DNA of 50,071 nt from NCBI RefSeq assembly GCF_021028975.2, contig NC_059430.1:78691930-78742000 (forward strand), in the 5' to 3' direction. Positions within the stretch are counted from its first letter, which is position 1. Every line of letters starts with the position of its first letter. Below are positions 47,729 through 50,071 of the stretch, piece by piece. The stretch comes from Sphaerodactylus townsendi. Lineage: Eukaryota. The notes under the pieces were generated by a model. The model searched no databases and was not told the origin of the DNA. It worked only from the letters and a program-made list of their open reading frames with translations. Both the position numbers and the translations under genes were made by a program.

Positions 47729-48379
47729 GGTAGCAGATATTAAATGTACCACATAACTCCATTAGGTTGCTCTGCAGCAGACTAACATGGCGACCCTTCT
47801 GGAATTTACAGCAAGGCTGGGACAAAGTAGAGGCATCCAGGTATCACTGAAGGTTTAATTACAGCAAACAGCATGATACCAAAAATTCTTTGGCCATGAA
47901 GGCAAAAGTCTATGAAAACATGTATATCTTGGCTTATCACACTAAGACCCACTTAGAGTGCCATCAAACAGGAAAGTTATATTAGCATCTGTCCACTCCA
48001 GAGCTCTCTCAGTGATGGTTCCTGTCTTTTTCTGTTCAATCAAATCAGCATCCATTAAACAGCTACACAGAATTGAAGCAATGAATCAATAAACCATCAT
48101 TTCAATGAATAAGTAAAAAAACCACCCTTCATGGTGACCATGAAACTTTTTGAGAAGGTGAATGCAGACAAACATCATGGGAAGGGGGGTGGGGGGATTG
48201 AAAACATTCTGAAAATGTTCTAGGTGGCTTGTGTGGAAAGGTTCTTAAAAGCCCAGGGTAAGCAGAAAACATGTCCTCCAAACATCAACATGAATGTAAC
48301 TCTTATCTCTAGCATAGATCAGTTTGGTCAAAAAAATGTTACATGATCTACAGAAAAAGAGGAAAAGTCCTCTATCTTC

Positions 48380-49490
48380 AGATTTACAAGGGATAACTTC
48401 TGTTCAAAAAGCTGGACCAGAGAAAGTTATAAGAGTCCCTAAAGGTAATAGTTCCTGTGTGATAGAATTTCTCCAGAATTCTATGGCTCCTGTGGCATAG
48501 AGCCATAGATGGTTGTTATACGTTTCTTTTACATCAAGGGCCATGAATTTGTCCCAGCAGCCATCAACGTTTTCAGTGCCAAGGTAGCCCAGCAACTGTT
48601 TTATCAGGTATCATTATGGATAGGAGCTTGGAACCACTCAGTTGAGCAAATTCGGTCTTGCTTCTTATATAAGATACTAGGTGTCCCCCATTGTGTGCCA
48701 TGCTGCTTTGTGTTTTGAAGCTGGTCAACAGCTTCTTGATACTAGGGCATGGTTAGTGACCTTCAAGTTCTGAGTACATTTATGCTTCAAGCTGGAGGTC
48801 CCAAGTTTGAAACTTTGCCTGTCCTTCAAAGATTTGAGTGGTGGGCTTGCAAAGAGGCCAAAATATTTACTCTAGGTCAGTCACTCAAGGTTTTGGCAAT
48901 TTTACCAGCCAATGAAATCCTTCAGAACTTGAAAGGAGGTTTATTGACCAAGAATATCTGAATCTAACCAGAAAAGCCAGTAAGTTCTGTTCCCCACTCT
49001 ACTTTGGAATATACCCCAAGGTAGCTTGTATAGCAAAACATTTAATACAACTAACAGAGCTCAGGCAGTGCCGAGCCTTTACTCGTGCAAGATGTAACAT
49101 ACTCTCATCAGCTTTGCTGCAATTCAGACAGTTGAAAATTCCCCATCATGAGAGAGTTTGCATATGCATCATGAATTGTGTAGAATCGCTCAAACGCAGG
49201 CTTTTGTACTGCCCTCTCTGTGACACAACCAGATTAAATTTTTCTGCAACAGGTTCTGGCAAAGAAAAAAAGTTTGTCAGACCAACAAAAAAATCTTATG
49301 CCTGTTAAATAATGTTGTAGCTAATATAACCGAGACAACAGCCACAGTTCTATGTCTCACCATCTTGATGCATTTTCAAACTTAGTTCTATAGCACTGCA
49401 GCTAATTCTTAAACTCTGTTATATTATGCATGACTTCTTTTCCCTTGTCTGTCTTTATGCTGATATGCCAATAAAGGTTGACTTGACTAG
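48380..49490 (+). mobile_element. 3' part of a decayed non-LTR retrotransposon (RTE-X-like)
   Basis: Peptides PAAINVFSAKV, FLYKILGVPHCVP and CRAFTRARCNILSSALL...IPHHERVCIC...VES...LLYCPL (degenerate C-terminal CCHC region), then AATAAA and a short GACTT repeat tail. Clade uncertain. Confidence 0.7.
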
Positions 49491-50071
49491 AGCCATAGAG
49501 ACAGAACAGCATGCTTGTTGGGAGACCTCTGCATCTTTCACATTTAATTGGCAGTGCAAGATAAACAGTGCAGTCCTAAACACAGTCACAACCTTCTAAA
49601 CCCATTAGGTTTAGAAGGGTGTAACTTTGTCCAGGATTGCACTGAAAATAATCTAGATGGTTCCCCCAGTAGACAATTATTTTTCAGGAGTTTGAAGATG
49701 TTGTGTTACATGTAGGATTTAATTGTTCATGTCTTTTCATGTTTCATGTCTTTTGAAGATAATTGTAACCTTCCTTGAGTCCTTTTTGAGAAAAAGGCAG
49801 ATGAAACATGCCTCAAATATATCTTTCTGATCTTATAAATTATCGAGGGGATGTTCCAGATGTGGTTGCAAACACTGCCCAAAGATATCAACTAGACACC
49901 ATAAGTCAAAGCAGCATAAAGCATGCTTCAACCCATTTAACTTAATGGGATTCATTACACTTAACTCTTGTGTTGGATACATACCTAAGACTGCACTTCT
50001 CTGATGGGAAAAAATTGAATTAAAGCTCTAAACAAAGTTGAATCTGTACGCAGTAGTTCCACTTTAAGCCA

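Overview
Vertebrate nuclear DNA, most likely a squamate and possibly a gecko (inferred from the repeat content: Sauria-type SINEs, a SPIN MITE, squamate Penelope and DIRS). The window holds three genes. (1) The first 8 coding exons of the piRNA helicase MOV10L1 lie on the - strand (ATG at 10030) and the gene runs off the left edge. (2) A complete MLC1 lies head-to-head on the + strand: 11 coding exons, 15912-33645, 379 aa, all introns phase 0. (3) The first two coding exons of TTLL8 follow on the + strand (38368-38443, 44802-44893). This matches the gene order I recall for human 22q13.33. Introns and intergenic DNA carry many transposon relics: DIRS1, Penelope, L2, an RTE-X-like LINE, three SINE families, hAT, SPIN, Tigger-like and Harbinger-like MITEs, and a probable Helitron. 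Almost all supplied ORFs are spurious or repeat-derived. I see no convincing new multi-gene system. The best leads are a lost-and-replaced MOV10L1 splice donor, a MITE that hides a perfect splice donor in a 51-bp hairpin, an inverted-repeat/transposon structure in the divergent promoter, and a SPIN MITE that may have captured CORE-SINE sequence. Homology calls come from recalled sequences, not database searches.
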